Source: Gammaproteobacteria bacterium (GTDB taxonomy: Bacteria > Pseudomonadota > Gammaproteobacteria > Eutrophobiales > Eutrophobiaceae). From it: 64,000 nucleotides of DNA. A model generated the notes under the pieces. The model was not told where the DNA came from. It ran no database searches and saw only the letters and a list, made by a program, of their open reading frames with translations. The DNA lies in the NCBI GenBank assembly GCA_965215365.1, contig CBDCDS010000003.1, positions 320,001 to 384,000 of the forward strand, written 5' to 3'. The number at the start of each line of letters is the position of its first letter. Position 1 is the stretch's first letter. This document shows, piece by piece, positions 18,495-28,077 of the stretch. The position numbers were made by a program, and so were the translations under genes.

Positions 18495-18767
18495 TTATAC
18501 AAGTCTCCAAACGAAATCCAGCGCCACTTATCCGCAACGTTCAAAAACGCGCGCAAGCTCAAAAAGCACAGCCGTCGGGAAGCAGCCATCCGTACCGGCG
18601 TGCCGGCGCCAACCATTCGCCGCTTTGAAGACGCTGGCGAGATCTCGCTACGGCAACTGCTGATGCTGTGCGATGTCTATGGCAACCTCAAAGCTGCCGC
18701 CTCGCTGTTTCCCCGTCCCATCCCACAAACCATGGATGAATTGATTGCGTTGAGTGATGCAAAGTGA
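18474..18767 (+). CDS. HipB-like HTH antitoxin
   Basis: XRE-type HTH (GVPAPTIRRFEDAGEISL); GTGA overlap with hipA. Confidence 0.82.
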   Translation: MIDNILSLYKSPNEIQRHLSATFKNARKLKKHSRREAAIRTGVPAPTIRRFEDAGEISLRQLLMLCDVYGNLKAAASLFPRPIPQTMDELIALSDAK

Positions 18768-20053
18768 GACTGGTAAAGGCGCTCTATCATGGTTTTGGAG
18801 CGGGCAAGCCCGTTGCCATGGGTCAGCTCGTCTGGCAAGACCGGCATGCCTGGTTTGAATTTGCCGCAGAATTTTTGCAACGCGACTTGCATCCGTCTCC
18901 TTTCTCTCTGGACCTGACCCCCACGTTACAGAAGGCGCCGGCGGAACCTTTCAAGGGGTTGCATGGATTGTTCAGCGATTCGCTGCCGGACGGTTGGGGG
19001 CTGTATCTCATGGACAAGGCATTCAGGCAAACCGGGAAAGACCCGGCTACGCTCACCCCGCTTGACAGGTTGGCTTATCTGGGCGGGCGCACTATGGGGG
19101 CGATTTCATATCAGCCTGATGACAATGCGGCACAACCGATCGGCAGGGAGCTCGATATGGACTCGATCGGTATTGAAGCAGTCCGCCAGTACCAGGGAAA
19201 GCTCACAGAAGTACTCGAGCATCATGCCCTGAACGGCACGCCGTCCGCCGGCGCCAGACCAAAAATTCTTATTGGTTTATGCGGTGATAAAGTCATTGAG
19301 GGCGCCGGTGACCTGCCGCCTGGGTATGACCACTGGTTGGTCAAATTCCCAACCGGCCAGACACCCGATAAAAAATCAGACGGCACCATAGAATATATCT
19401 ACTCGCTCATGGCCCGGCAAGCCGGCCTCGATATGCCTGAGACAAGGCTCATCCCGACGAGTGGCGGCAATGCCTATTTCATGGCCCGCCGCTTTGACAG
19501 GAGCGCCGGCAACCGTCGCCATCACGTGCATAGCGTGGCCGGTCTGTTGAATCTGGATTTCAGGGTCGCTAACTTTGAATACCGGGAACTCATCAAACTC
19601 TGTGGCTTGCTCACTCACTCCCATGCGGAAAAGGTGGAGCTGTTCCGGCGCATGATTTTCAATATCGTTACCGGCAATCGCGATGACCATACCCGAAACT
19701 TCGCGTTCATGCTCTCAGACCGTAACGAGTGGAAAAATACACCGGCGTATGATGTCACTTGGTCCCGGGGGATAATGGGAGAACATACCCTGAGCATCGA
19801 CGGGAAAGGTAAAGGTATCCTTCTCGATGATGTACTTGCTATTGCAAACAGTGCCTCCATCTCCAGACACGAAGCAAGCCGTGTCATTGAGAGTGTGACA
19901 GATGCCGTGTCCGACTGGAGCAATCTGGCGCATCATTATGCCGTACCCTCAGAACAGCGCCTCGACATACATCAACACACTGTGCGCCAAAAGCGAATGA
20001 TGTCAGCTGCGACAACGGTAGTATTTTCCAGTACCAAAATGAGCCTGAAGTAG
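18764..20053 (+). CDS. hipA: HipA-family kinase toxin
   Basis: DSLPDGWG, SAGARPK, WLVKF, RFDR, GNRDDHTRNF, PAYD. Confidence 0.92.
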   Translation: MRLVKALYHGFGAGKPVAMGQLVWQDRHAWFEFAAEFLQRDLHPSPFSLDLTPTLQKAPAEPFKGLHGLFSDSLPDGWGLYLMDKAFRQTGKDPATLTPLDRLAYLGGRTMGAISYQPDDNAAQPIGRELDMDSIGIEAVRQYQGKLTEVLEHHALNGTPSAGARPKILIGLCGDKVIEGAGDLPPGYDHWLVKFPTGQTPDKKSDGTIEYIYSLMARQAGLDMPETRLIPTSGGNAYFMARRFDRSAGNRRHHVHSVAGLLNLDFRVANFEYRELIKLCGLLTHSHAEKVELFRRMIFNIVTGNRDDHTRNFAFMLSDRNEWKNTPAYDVTWSRGIMGEHTLSIDGKGKGILLDDVLAIANSASISRHEASRVIESVTDAVSDWSNLAHHYAVPSEQRLDIHQHTVRQKRMMSAATTVVFSSTKMSLK

Positions 20054-20062
20054 AACCCGGCC

Positions 20063-20151
20063 TATCCCGCAGATCTCACCAGGTGATGCGAAGATCGCGC
20101 CGGATTGGTTCTGTCTGCGGGTGCCTGCGACGATGAGCATAGCGGTAGCTA
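20063..20151 (-). repeat. MITE A right end (inverted) plus second CATAGCGGTAGCTA repeat
   Basis: CCCGCAGATCTCACCAGGTGATGCGAAGATCGCGCCGGATTGGTTCTG closely matches the reverse complement of 8427-8474. Confidence 0.82.
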
Positions 20152-20260
20152 TGGTTGAGGAAACCCCCCATTTTCAAAAAAATTTCCATTCATAACTCTC
20201 TGTTTCATAAGGAATAACAAAAAAAGTTGCAGTTTTTTTGAAAAAAATTGCATTTTCCTG

Positions 20261-20300
20261 TTGCATTGCACAATCAGCGGGTGTATGATGCACCGCAACA
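20261..20300. promoter_or_regulatory. Putative PhaR binding boxes
   Basis: TGCATTGCACAA and TGCACCGCAACA upstream of phasin. Confidence 0.6.
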
Positions 20301-20330
20301 CTCACCTGAAACCCTTAGGAGACAGCAACC

Positions 20331-20690
20331 ATGAATGTACAAGCCGCAAAATATTTTGAGCCCGTCAGGGAGATTAACACCTTGGCCCTGGAAAACGTTG
20401 AGAAGCTGCTGGACATCCAGCTCAAGTCAATCAACGACACCGCCAGACTGAGCGTTGAGCAGTTAAAAGCCGCAGCCGAGATCAAGGATGTGGATGGCCT
20501 GAAGAAATACTTCACCGATCAGGCTGAAACCGTAAAATCCCTGGGCGAGCGTTTCGTCAAGGACGGCCAGTCTGCGCTGGAACTGGGCGTGAACTACACC
20601 GACAAGGTACAGCAGATCGTCACCGAGACCATCAAGCAGGAGGCTCCCGTCGCGGCAAAGCCCGCCGCTACTGCCGTGAAAAGTAAGTAA
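20331..20690 (+). CDS. Phasin family protein
   Basis: Amphipathic helical 119 aa with Ala/Lys tail; AGGAG RBS; PhaR-like boxes. Confidence 0.8.
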   Translation: MNVQAAKYFEPVREINTLALENVEKLLDIQLKSINDTARLSVEQLKAAAEIKDVDGLKKYFTDQAETVKSLGERFVKDGQSALELGVNYTDKVQQIVTETIKQEAPVAAKPAATAVKSK

Positions 20691-20751
20691 GCAAGTAAGC
20701 AACCAAAACCCTCCTCGCCACCGGTTTCTCCCCCAAGGCCGGTGGTCGGTC

Positions 20752-20777
20752 AGCCGCCCGAAAGGGCGGCTTTTTTT
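20752..20777 (+). terminator. Rho-independent terminator
   Basis: AGCCGCCC-GAAA-GGGCGGCT followed by a T-tract. Confidence 0.9.
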
Positions 20778-20780
20778 ATG

Positions 20781-20805
20781 GGCGCCGCTAATTTTTAGAG
20801 GCGCC
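20781..20805. repeat. Short palindromic repeat family B
   Basis: GGCGCCGCTAATTTTTAGAGGCGCC; related copies near 12387, 43787, 43821, 32765, 60508, 8478, 41644, 5255. Confidence 0.7.
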
Positions 20806-20883
20806 TTTGTTTCTACCCTGCTAAAATACACCGCGACACAGTTACGGCAACCTTTGACTTCATCGGCGGTAGTATCCACACTC

Positions 20884-21762
20884 ATGACGTTCCAGCAATT
20901 GATTGCCGCCCTGCAGGCATTCTGGGCTGAGCGGGGCTGCATTATTCAACAACCCTATGACATGGAGGTAGGTGCCGGCACCTTCCACCCGGCTACGTTC
21001 CTGCGCGCCATCGGCCCGGAACCGTGGCACAGCGCTTATGTGCAACCTTCCCGGCGGCCCACTGACGGGCGCTATGGCGATAACCCGAACCGCCTGCAAC
21101 GCTACTACCAGTTCCAGGTGATACTGAAGCCTTCACCTGCCGATATTCAGGAACTGTATCTGGAATCATTGCAACACCTAGGTATTGATATGCTGACCCA
21201 CGATGTGCGGTTCATAGAAGATAACTGGGAATCCCCGACCCTGGGCGCCTGGGGGCTGGGTTGGGAAGTCTGGCTGAATGGCATGGAGATCAGCCAGTTT
21301 ACCTACTTTCAACAGGTGGGAGGGCTGGAATGCAAGCCGGTTTCCGGTGAGATTACTTACGGCCTGGAGCGCATAGCCGTTTACTTGCAGAATGTGGACA
21401 GTGTCTATGATCTGGTGTGGGTGGATGGGGCAAACGGTGCGGTGACTTATGGCGATATCCACCACCAGGATGAGGTGGAAATGTCAGCCTATAATTTCGA
21501 GAAAGCGGATACCACAGCCCTGTTCCGCTGGTTTGATGAATGTGAAGCGCAGTGCTTGAAGCTGGTGGAAGATGACCTGCCCTCGCCCGCCTACGAACTG
21601 GCACTGAAGGCGTCGCACATCTTCAATCTGCTGGACGCCCGACACGCCCTCAGCGTCACCGAGCGGCAACGCTTCATCCTCAGGGTGAGAACCGCAGCCC
21701 GCGCGGTAGCCCGATGTTATTACGACAAGCGAGACGCACTGGGCTTTCCATTGTGCAGATAA
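20884..21762 (+). CDS. glyQ: Glycine-tRNA ligase alpha subunit
   Basis: [31 protein letters not shown]. Confidence 0.98.
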   Translation: MTFQQLIAALQAFWAERGCIIQQPYDMEVGAGTFHPATFLRAIGPEPWHSAYVQPSRRPTDGRYGDNPNRLQRYYQFQVILKPSPADIQELYLESLQHLGIDMLTHDVRFIEDNWESPTLGAWGLGWEVWLNGMEISQFTYFQQVGGLECKPVSGEITYGLERIAVYLQNVDSVYDLVWVDGANGAVTYGDIHHQDEVEMSAYNFEKADTTALFRWFDECEAQCLKLVEDDLPSPAYELALKASHIFNLLDARHALSVTERQRFILRVRTAARAVARCYYDKRDALGFPLCR

Positions 21763-21775
21763 TGGCTACCTCTAA

Positions 21776-21970
21776 CCCACATATCTCACCAAGTCGCTTG
21801 TTGCCTTGTGAAACATGATTGCTCTCAATAAGTTATGATAATACTTCTGCTCTTTCCACATAACACACTGCGCTTGATGCGCCCTCGCTGGTCTTTTTTG
21901 ATGCGCCCCAGGGAAGGGGCGCATCAAAAAATCCGCCGCGATCTTCGCATCACTGGGTGAGATATGCGGG
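21776..21970. mobile_element. Complete 195-bp MITE (family A)
   Basis: TIRs CCCACATATCTCACC / GGTGAGATATGCGGG, flanks CTAA / TTAA, internal hairpin TTTTTGATGCGCCCC..GGGGCGCATCAAAAA, no transposase. Confidence 0.88.
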
Positions 21971-24099
21971 TTAAAAAAGATCTGCTGTTTGAAACAGGCA
22001 CGGAAGAGTTGCCGCCGAAGTCCCTGGCCGGTCTGGCCGCAGCCCTGGCCGATGCCGTTCACCAGGGCTTGCTGGAGCAGGAGCTGGAGCACGGCGAGTG
22101 CGCCTGGTATGCCACCCCGCGCCGGTTGGCCGTGATGGTGCGCGACCTGGCGTCGGCTCAGGAAGATAAACAGGTTACCCGGCGCGGTCCGGCCGTTGCC
22201 GCCGCCTATGACGAAGACGGCAACCCCACCCGGGCCGCCCAGGGGTTTGCCCGTTCCTGTGGGGTGACGGTGCCGGAACTGACCCGGCTGGATACGGACA
22301 AGGGCAGCTGGCTGGCGTACCGCAGCCTGGTGCGAGGCGCCGGCGTTGCCGAATTATTGCCTGGTATCATTACCAGGGCGCTCGCCGGCCTGCCCATCGC
22401 CAGACGCATGCGCTGGGGCCACCACGAGGTCGAATTTGTGCGACCGGTGCACTGGGTGGTATTGCTGTTTGGAGCGGACATTATTCCGGCGACGGTGCTG
22501 GGGGTGGCAACGGGCCGGGACACCCGCGGTCACCGCTTTCACCATCCGCAGGCGCTGTCCCTGAGCGAGCCCGGACAATATCTGACCCGGTTGCACGATG
22601 AGGGGCGCGTGGTTGCGGATTTCGACCAGAGGAAGGAACTGATCAGGCAGGCCGTCACGGATACTGCCCAAACCCATGGCGGGCGCGCGCTCATCGACGA
22701 AGATTTGCTGGATGAGGTGACCGCGCTGGTAGAATGGCCGGTGGCCGTTATCGGGTCATTCGACGCGGAATTTCTACACCTGCCGCAAGAAGCGCTGATT
22801 GCCAGTATGCAATCGCACCAGAAATATTTTCCCGTACAAGACGCGGCCACGGGGGAGTTGAGCGCCCGTTTTATCACCATCGCCAATATCGACAGCACCG
22901 ACCCCGATGCGGTCCGGCGCGGCAACGAGCGGGTCATCCGCCCGCGCCTGAGCGATGCCGCGTTTTTCTGGGAGCGCGATCGCGCCAGATTGCAAATCCA
23001 TGCGACCAATACCGCGTCGGCCAAGGCATCACAACCGCCGGTGCCTTCGGACAAGGCGCCGCTGGAACAGCTGGGCGAGACCGATAAGGTGATTTTTCAG
23101 CAACAACTCGGCACGCTGGCGGACAAGACCGCGCGTATCGCCAGCCTGGGCGGATATATCGCACAGCAACTGGGCTTCGCGCCAGACCCGGTCGCGCGCG
23201 CCTCCCGCCTGGCCAAATGTGATTTATTGAGTGCCATGGTCGGCGAGTTCCCGGAGCTGCAAGGCGCCATGGGGCGCTATTATGCCGAAGCCAGCGGTGA
23301 ACCCCCGGCAGTCGCCCTGGCGCTGCAAGAACAGTATATGCCTCGTTACGCCGGTGCTGCGTTGCCGCAGACCGACACCGGCAGGGTGCTGGCGCTGGCC
23401 GACAGACTCGACACCCTGACCGGAATTTTCGCCATCGGCAAAGGCCCCACCGGCGCCAAAGACCCGTTCGCCCTGCGCCGCGCCAGCCTGGGGTGTCTGC
23501 GTATTATGATCGAGTGTGAGTTGCCGCTGGACTTAGAGCGCTGCCTGACGCACGCCGCCGGCGCTTTTCCAGCGGCCGTGAAGGCCACGGCCGTCATCGC
23601 CGACGTGTTTGATTTCATGCAGGACCGGCTGCGGCGCTATTACCTAGATAATGGGGTCGCCCCCGGCGTGTTTGAGGCAGTACAGGCGTGCCGGCCCACG
23701 CAACCCCACGATTTCAACCTGCGAGTGCTGGCCGTGGGCGAGTTTCTGCGCCTGCCAGAAGCCGCCGACCTGATAACCGCCAACAAACGCATCCGCAATA
23801 TCCTCAAACAAGCGCAATTTACCGAACAGGCCGGGCCGGATACGGCAGCACTGGTGGAACAGACCGAACTGGCGTTGTACGAGAAAATGCGCGCCTGCCA
23901 GACGCAGCAGCACGGCACCGGGCACGATTATATCGCCCGCCTGAGCGCACTGGCAGGTCTGCGTGACGATGTGGACGCGTTTTTTGACGAGGTAATGGTC
24001 TTATGCGAAGACACCGCGTTAAGAGCCAACCGCCTGGCCCTGTTAAATGAATTGCGACAACTGTTCCTGACCACCGCGGACATCTCCCGGCTGCAATGA
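21964..24099 (+). CDS. glyS: Glycine-tRNA ligase beta subunit
   Basis: LLFETGTEELP, TPRRL, MRWG, HQKYFP, GEFPELQG, DPFALRR; ATG lies inside the MITE TIR. Confidence 0.97.
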   Translation: MRVKKDLLFETGTEELPPKSLAGLAAALADAVHQGLLEQELEHGECAWYATPRRLAVMVRDLASAQEDKQVTRRGPAVAAAYDEDGNPTRAAQGFARSCGVTVPELTRLDTDKGSWLAYRSLVRGAGVAELLPGIITRALAGLPIARRMRWGHHEVEFVRPVHWVVLLFGADIIPATVLGVATGRDTRGHRFHHPQALSLSEPGQYLTRLHDEGRVVADFDQRKELIRQAVTDTAQTHGGRALIDEDLLDEVTALVEWPVAVIGSFDAEFLHLPQEALIASMQSHQKYFPVQDAATGELSARFITIANIDSTDPDAVRRGNERVIRPRLSDAAFFWERDRARLQIHATNTASAKASQPPVPSDKAPLEQLGETDKVIFQQQLGTLADKTARIASLGGYIAQQLGFAPDPVARASRLAKCDLLSAMVGEFPELQGAMGRYYAEASGEPPAVALALQEQYMPRYAGAALPQTDTGRVLALADRLDTLTGIFAIGKGPTGAKDPFALRRASLGCLRIMIECELPLDLERCLTHAAGAFPAAVKATAVIADVFDFMQDRLRRYYLDNGVAPGVFEAVQACRPTQPHDFNLRVLAVGEFLRLPEAADLITANKRIRNILKQAQFTEQAGPDTAALVEQTELALYEKMRACQTQQHGTGHDYIARLSALAGLRDDVDAFFDEVMVLCEDTALRANRLALLNELRQLFLTTADISRLQ

Positions 24100-24263
24100 A
24101 ACGGGTCATGCTCGACATGGACGGCATCCCCACCTGTGACGACCGGGCCCGGACTGCGCCGGCATTGTTTGTTGCGCCTTGAGACGCAATCGTGCGGGCA
24201 ACCGTCGCGGTGTAGAGCGGCTATCCTGCCGATTTGTACTGTAAGGCAGCAATGACGAACTGA
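24096..24263 (+). pseudogene. gmhB: Degraded gmhB (heptose bisphosphate phosphatase) remnant
   Basis: ATGA overlap with glyS; MKRVMLDMDG resembles HAD motif I; LE/AIVR trace after a frameshift; usual glyS-gmhB-plsC order. Confidence 0.6.
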
Positions 24264-24281
24264 TGTTAATGACAGCGGCCC

Positions 24282-25046
24282 ATGCACAACCACGATAAAT
24301 TCGGCCTGCTGCTGTGGCTCAGGTCAGCATTATTCCTGCTGGGCATGGGTATCTCTACCCTCATTATGGTCCCCGTCGCCCTGCTGCTGTTGGCGGCGCC
24401 CTTCCCGCTCAGGTTCCGCCTGGTGGCGAACTGGGCGCGGTTTAACCTGTGGTGGCTGGGGGTGACCTGCAGGATCAAAGCGGATATTAGCGGGCTGGAA
24501 AACATCATCGACCAGCCGGCCATCATCATGTGCAAACACCAGTCCGCCTGGGAAACCCTGATGATCCAGTTGCTGTTTCCCCCTCAGGTCTGGATACTGA
24601 AACGGGAATTACTGCATATCCCCATCTACGGTTGGGGGCTGGCGGCCATGAAGCCTATTGCCATCGATCGTTCCCTGGGAGTCCGTTCACTGAAACAGAT
24701 CGTGCGCCAGGGCTTAGAACGGCTACACGCGGGACTCTGGGTGGTGGTATTCCCGGAAGGCACCCGACTGGCGCCCGGCGTGCGCCGTAAATATCACCCC
24801 GGCGGTGCCATGCTGGCAGAAAAGGCCGGTTGCCCGGTGCTACCAATCGCACACAATGCCGGCTACCTGTGGCCGCGCAACAGCTTTCTCAAACACCCCG
24901 GCGTCATCCGCATGGTCATCGGCCCACCCATCCCGACCCAAGGGAAAAAGGCCGCGCAAATTATCCGGGAAACAGAGGATTGGATTGAAACCACGGTCGC
25001 CAGCCTGCCGGCGCCCGCCTGCGATACCCCAGGGGGCGGATTGTAA
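24282..25046 (+). CDS. plsC: 1-acyl-sn-glycerol-3-phosphate acyltransferase
   Basis: KHQSAWET, FPEGTR. Confidence 0.9.
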   Translation: MHNHDKFGLLLWLRSALFLLGMGISTLIMVPVALLLLAAPFPLRFRLVANWARFNLWWLGVTCRIKADISGLENIIDQPAIIMCKHQSAWETLMIQLLFPPQVWILKRELLHIPIYGWGLAAMKPIAIDRSLGVRSLKQIVRQGLERLHAGLWVVVFPEGTRLAPGVRRKYHPGGAMLAEKAGCPVLPIAHNAGYLWPRNSFLKHPGVIRMVIGPPIPTQGKKAAQIIRETEDWIETTVASLPAPACDTPGGGL

Positions 25047-25058
25047 ATCCGCCCCCTG
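25030..25058. terminator. 13-bp stem hairpin at plsC end
   Basis: CAGGGGGCGGATT-GTA-AATCCGCCCCCTG; no strong U-tract. Confidence 0.5.
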
Positions 25059-25077
25059 TGATATATTGTGCATCATA

Positions 25078-25506
25078 ATGCTCAGGTACGTTTTCGACAC
25101 GGATGTTATTGTAGCAGCTATGCGTAGCCCTTCGGGAGCGTCTGCTGCGTTATTGGGTGAAGCATTGGGCGGCCGGATAAAGATGCTGGTCAGCGTGCCG
25201 GTATTCTTTGAATACGAAGCTAAATGTACTTCTTCGGACCACTGGGCAGCAGCAGGGTTGGACCTGGAACAGGCGCGGGTCTTTGTTAACGGACTGGCAA
25301 CGGTTATTGAACCGGTAAAGACACATTTTTTGTGGCGTCCAACCCTGAAAGATCCTAATGACGAAATGGTGCTTGAGGTTGCAGTGAACGGTCAGGCTGA
25401 TGCTATCGTCACTTTTAACCTGCGGGATTATGGCACAGTACCGAAAATGTTTAATATTGCGGTGATCAATCCGGCGGAAGCATTGAGGAGAGTAAGAAAT
25501 GGCTGA
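25078..25506 (+). CDS. PIN-domain toxin
   Basis: VFDTDV, DPNDEMVLEVAV, VTFNLRD. Confidence 0.88.
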   Translation: MLRYVFDTDVIVAAMRSPSGASAALLGEALGGRIKMLVSVPVFFEYEAKCTSSDHWAAAGLDLEQARVFVNGLATVIEPVKTHFLWRPTLKDPNDEMVLEVAVNGQADAIVTFNLRDYGTVPKMFNIAVINPAEALRRVRNG

Positions 25507-25753
25507 AATATCAAGCTATCCATTGAGACTACCGAAATCATTAAAAGAAAAGGTTGCCATAGTCGCCAAGCGGGATGGATCGAGCATGAATCAGTTCATT
25601 ACCATTGCTTTAGCCGAGAAGATATCAGCGCTGGAAACCGAGAAATATTTTGAAAACAGGATAAAGGAGTCAGATATAAACGCTTTTCGCTCACTACTTT
25701 TTCGGTCTGGCGGAGAACCTCCCCGTGTTGGCGATGAGTTACCTTCTGCCTGA
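25499..25753 (+). CDS. RHH/HicB-like antitoxin
   Basis: YPLRLPKSL...SMNQFITIALAEK; overlaps the PIN gene. Confidence 0.82.
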   Translation: MAEISSYPLRLPKSLKEKVAIVAKRDGSSMNQFITIALAEKISALETEKYFENRIKESDINAFRSLLFRSGGEPPRVGDELPSA

Positions 25754-25779
25754 AAAAAATTCCTAATCATCTAAATTTC

Positions 25780-26310
25780 TCATGACTTTCTGAAATCTCT
25801 GTCAATTCGTGATTTAACCAGAGAACTCGTTGCTGTTGCCAATCTGGTTTTGTTTAACCGTTTATACAGAAGTTCCTTATCGGTTATACCCTGCTTGGCG
25901 AGCTCTCGTGTGAATTCCATATCCTTGGGCCGTCCTGCCACATATTTTGATATAGCCAGATCATGCACTTCAAGACAGAGCCCCGTTATTCCATTCGTGT
26001 TCTCATTACTGATACTGACCAGACGTTTTTCCCAACCGTCTGGAAGCACTGCGGTTTCCGGGCCAACGCCTTGTGCATAATAGCCAAACTGTTCATGGAA
26101 AAATGAGCCCTCACCAATGGAACCATCAACCAGATCTGCGCGATCCGGTTTGTTTCTGGGGTAAACGTCCATTTCCATGGAAATACAAAGCGTGTTCGGC
26201 GCGTTTGGAAACTGACCAAGAATTGATTGGCTGCCGATGATAATCAATTCACCGTCATCTGCGATTGCGCCACTGGCGCGAATCAAATGCTCAAGTTCTG
26301 AACGCTTCAT
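25780..26310 (-). CDS. DUF6036-like nucleotidyltransferase
   Basis: LEHLIRA, IIGSQS, SMEMDV, HDLAISK, GRPKD. Confidence 0.75.
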   Translation of the reverse strand: MKRSELEHLIRASGAIADDGELIIIGSQSILGQFPNAPNTLCISMEMDVYPRNKPDRADLVDGSIGEGSFFHEQFGYYAQGVGPETAVLPDGWEKRLVSISNENTNGITGLCLEVHDLAISKYVAGRPKDMEFTRELAKQGITDKELLYKRLNKTRLATATSSLVKSRIDRDFRKS

Positions 26311-26758
26311 AAATGCGTTTTCGCTCCTGATGACTGAGAACGCCGGCAAAAGGTGAAGATTGTCTGAGACGAAACGCCTTGTCAGTACAGCTTACGATAA
26401 ATGCAGCAACGTCCGGCCACGGTTGAGTAAGAATTTGTTGCCATTCTTTGATGTATTGTGGCATCTGCTCAGGCGGTGTTTTTTGACTCCAGCGCCGCAA
26501 ATTTCGTAGCGGAATCTCCAGCAGACCAGGGTCCACGTTTATCTTTTGCACGATTTTGCAATGTAAGGCCAAACTCCTTGCCTCAAGCAGACGATGGTCG
26601 GAATAAGGAGCTGAAGTATCCGGTGTTGCTGGCGCCCAGCTGCTTACAGCTTTAAGACCTGCTGCGCGTTTGCGCGCACGATAGGTGCGCATCCGTTCAG
26701 CAGGAGTCATAGGACTGTCGGCGCGTGGCCTTCCTCTCTTTTTTACGGTTTTACTCAT
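26291..26758 (-). CDS. Putative antitoxin/regulator partner of DUF6036
   Basis: KRGRPR, PAERMRTYRARKR, LRQSSPFAGVL; overlaps the NTase; upstream palindrome CGTAAC-CA-GTTACG. Confidence 0.65.
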   Translation of the reverse strand: MSKTVKKRGRPRADSPMTPAERMRTYRARKRAAGLKAVSSWAPATPDTSAPYSDHRLLEARSLALHCKIVQKINVDPGLLEIPLRNLRRWSQKTPPEQMPQYIKEWQQILTQPWPDVAAFIVSCTDKAFRLRQSSPFAGVLSHQERKRIYEAFRT

Positions 26759-26854
26759 TATATTTATCGTAACCAGTTACGTGAATGAACGCAACTGAAC
26801 TCTCATGGTCAAGGTACTGCCCGCCCTTCGCAGAAAGCAGGCTGCTTTACAAAA

Positions 26855-26893
26855 AGGCGTAATATCGAATATTATAGATTCAATATTACGCCT
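26855..26893. repeat. Orphan copy of the AAA-associated inverted repeat
   Basis: Identical to 28970-29008; abuts the IS4 end. Confidence 0.9.
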
Positions 26894-27810
26894 CACTAGT
26901 GTCCGGTTAATAATCGAATAAATTCAGTTGGTTAGAGAGGGCGTCATGGTTCATGTTGGTCTCACAGTCGCTAAGTAGTTGATTCATCGCGCAAACTTGA
27001 GGTTGGACTTGGCTCGGACCACGAAGAAGGCCGAGGCCTGTGTGAACGGGTAGAGTCGCTCGAAGTCGAGATAGGCCCGGTCCATGATATAGAAGGCGCC
27101 GGGCTCCGGTAGCAGGGTATCGAGCGCCTTGACATCGTGCAGTGTGCCCGGTGACACATGGATAAACGTGGGGATATTGCCGCGCAGGTCTAGCAAGGTA
27201 TGCAGTTTCACCGCCGCCTTGGTGCGTCGGAAGTGCGCCCAGGGGAATACGGATAGACATAGGTCGATGGTGGTGGAATCGAGGGCATAGACCGTGTTGT
27301 CGAGTTCGACGCCGAAGCGGTCGTCGAGATACAGACGTCGTGCGCGGTGTATCAGGGCGTGTGCAAAGTCGGCATAGATACGCCAGTCGCGTTGCTCGTT
27401 GGCATCGGCCAGGGTGCTGCGCGACACCGTGCTGCGTAGCCCCATATGATAGAGTTTGTTGCTGTGCGCGCGCAGGCAGGCTTCGATATCGCGCAGGCTC
27501 TCGCGATAGGTGAGTTGCGCGAACGCCATGCAGCGATACTGGTCTTGGCAACTGAAACGTTTGACATGCTGATTGCCCCGGTAGCGTTCAATACAGCGCC
27601 GCAGGGTATGGTGGGGAAGATGCTCCATTGCCTGTGCGAAAAGCAGTTTGCCGTGGTACATGTGTGGGGGCTCCCATCGTGTTAGTCGATGGAAGAGTTT
27701 GAGGCAAACGGGACCGGCAGTTCAAGTCGGTGACACCCACAAAAAGAGTATTTTATAATGAATTACAGTAAGTTAACTCTAAGCTTCACCGGATATCCCG
27801 GACACTAGTG
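26894..27810 (-). mobile_element. IS4-family element, internally deleted
   Basis: 13-bp TIRs CACTAGTGTCCGG / CCGGACACTAGTG; no matching target duplication. Confidence 0.85.
26907..27661 (-). pseudogene. IS4-family (DUF4372 + DDE) transposase, truncated
   Basis: ALDSTTIDL, VKLHTLLD, MDRAYLDF, then an out-of-frame C-terminus ...SNQLNLFDY; the region with the catalytic E is missing. Confidence 0.85.
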
Positions 27811-27818
27811 ATACTCAC

Positions 27819-28067
27819 TCAAGGAGCGCTGGCCTCGATACGGCAATTTTTGTAAACAAATTCAGGGGCAAGATCAGCACCGGTCTGCCAGGCAATGGTA
27901 TCAAACGAAACGCGAACGTCCTTGAAGATACAGGGATCCTGTATTTTTTTGAAAATTCCGAAACTCAGATAGGGTTTCATATCCAACAATCCGTTTTCTC
28001 CGTTATCGAAACCCACCGAGAGGATATAATCTCCCCTGTCCTCAACTGAAGTGATAGCCGGGTACAT
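27819..28067 (-). CDS. DUF2442-family antitoxin
   Basis: LSVGFDNG...TIAWQTGADLAPE. Confidence 0.8.
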   Translation of the reverse strand: MYPAITSVEDRGDYILSVGFDNGENGLLDMKPYLSFGIFKKIQDPCIFKDVRVSFDTIAWQTGADLAPEFVYKNCRIEASAP

Positions 28068-28077
28068 CAACTGCTCC

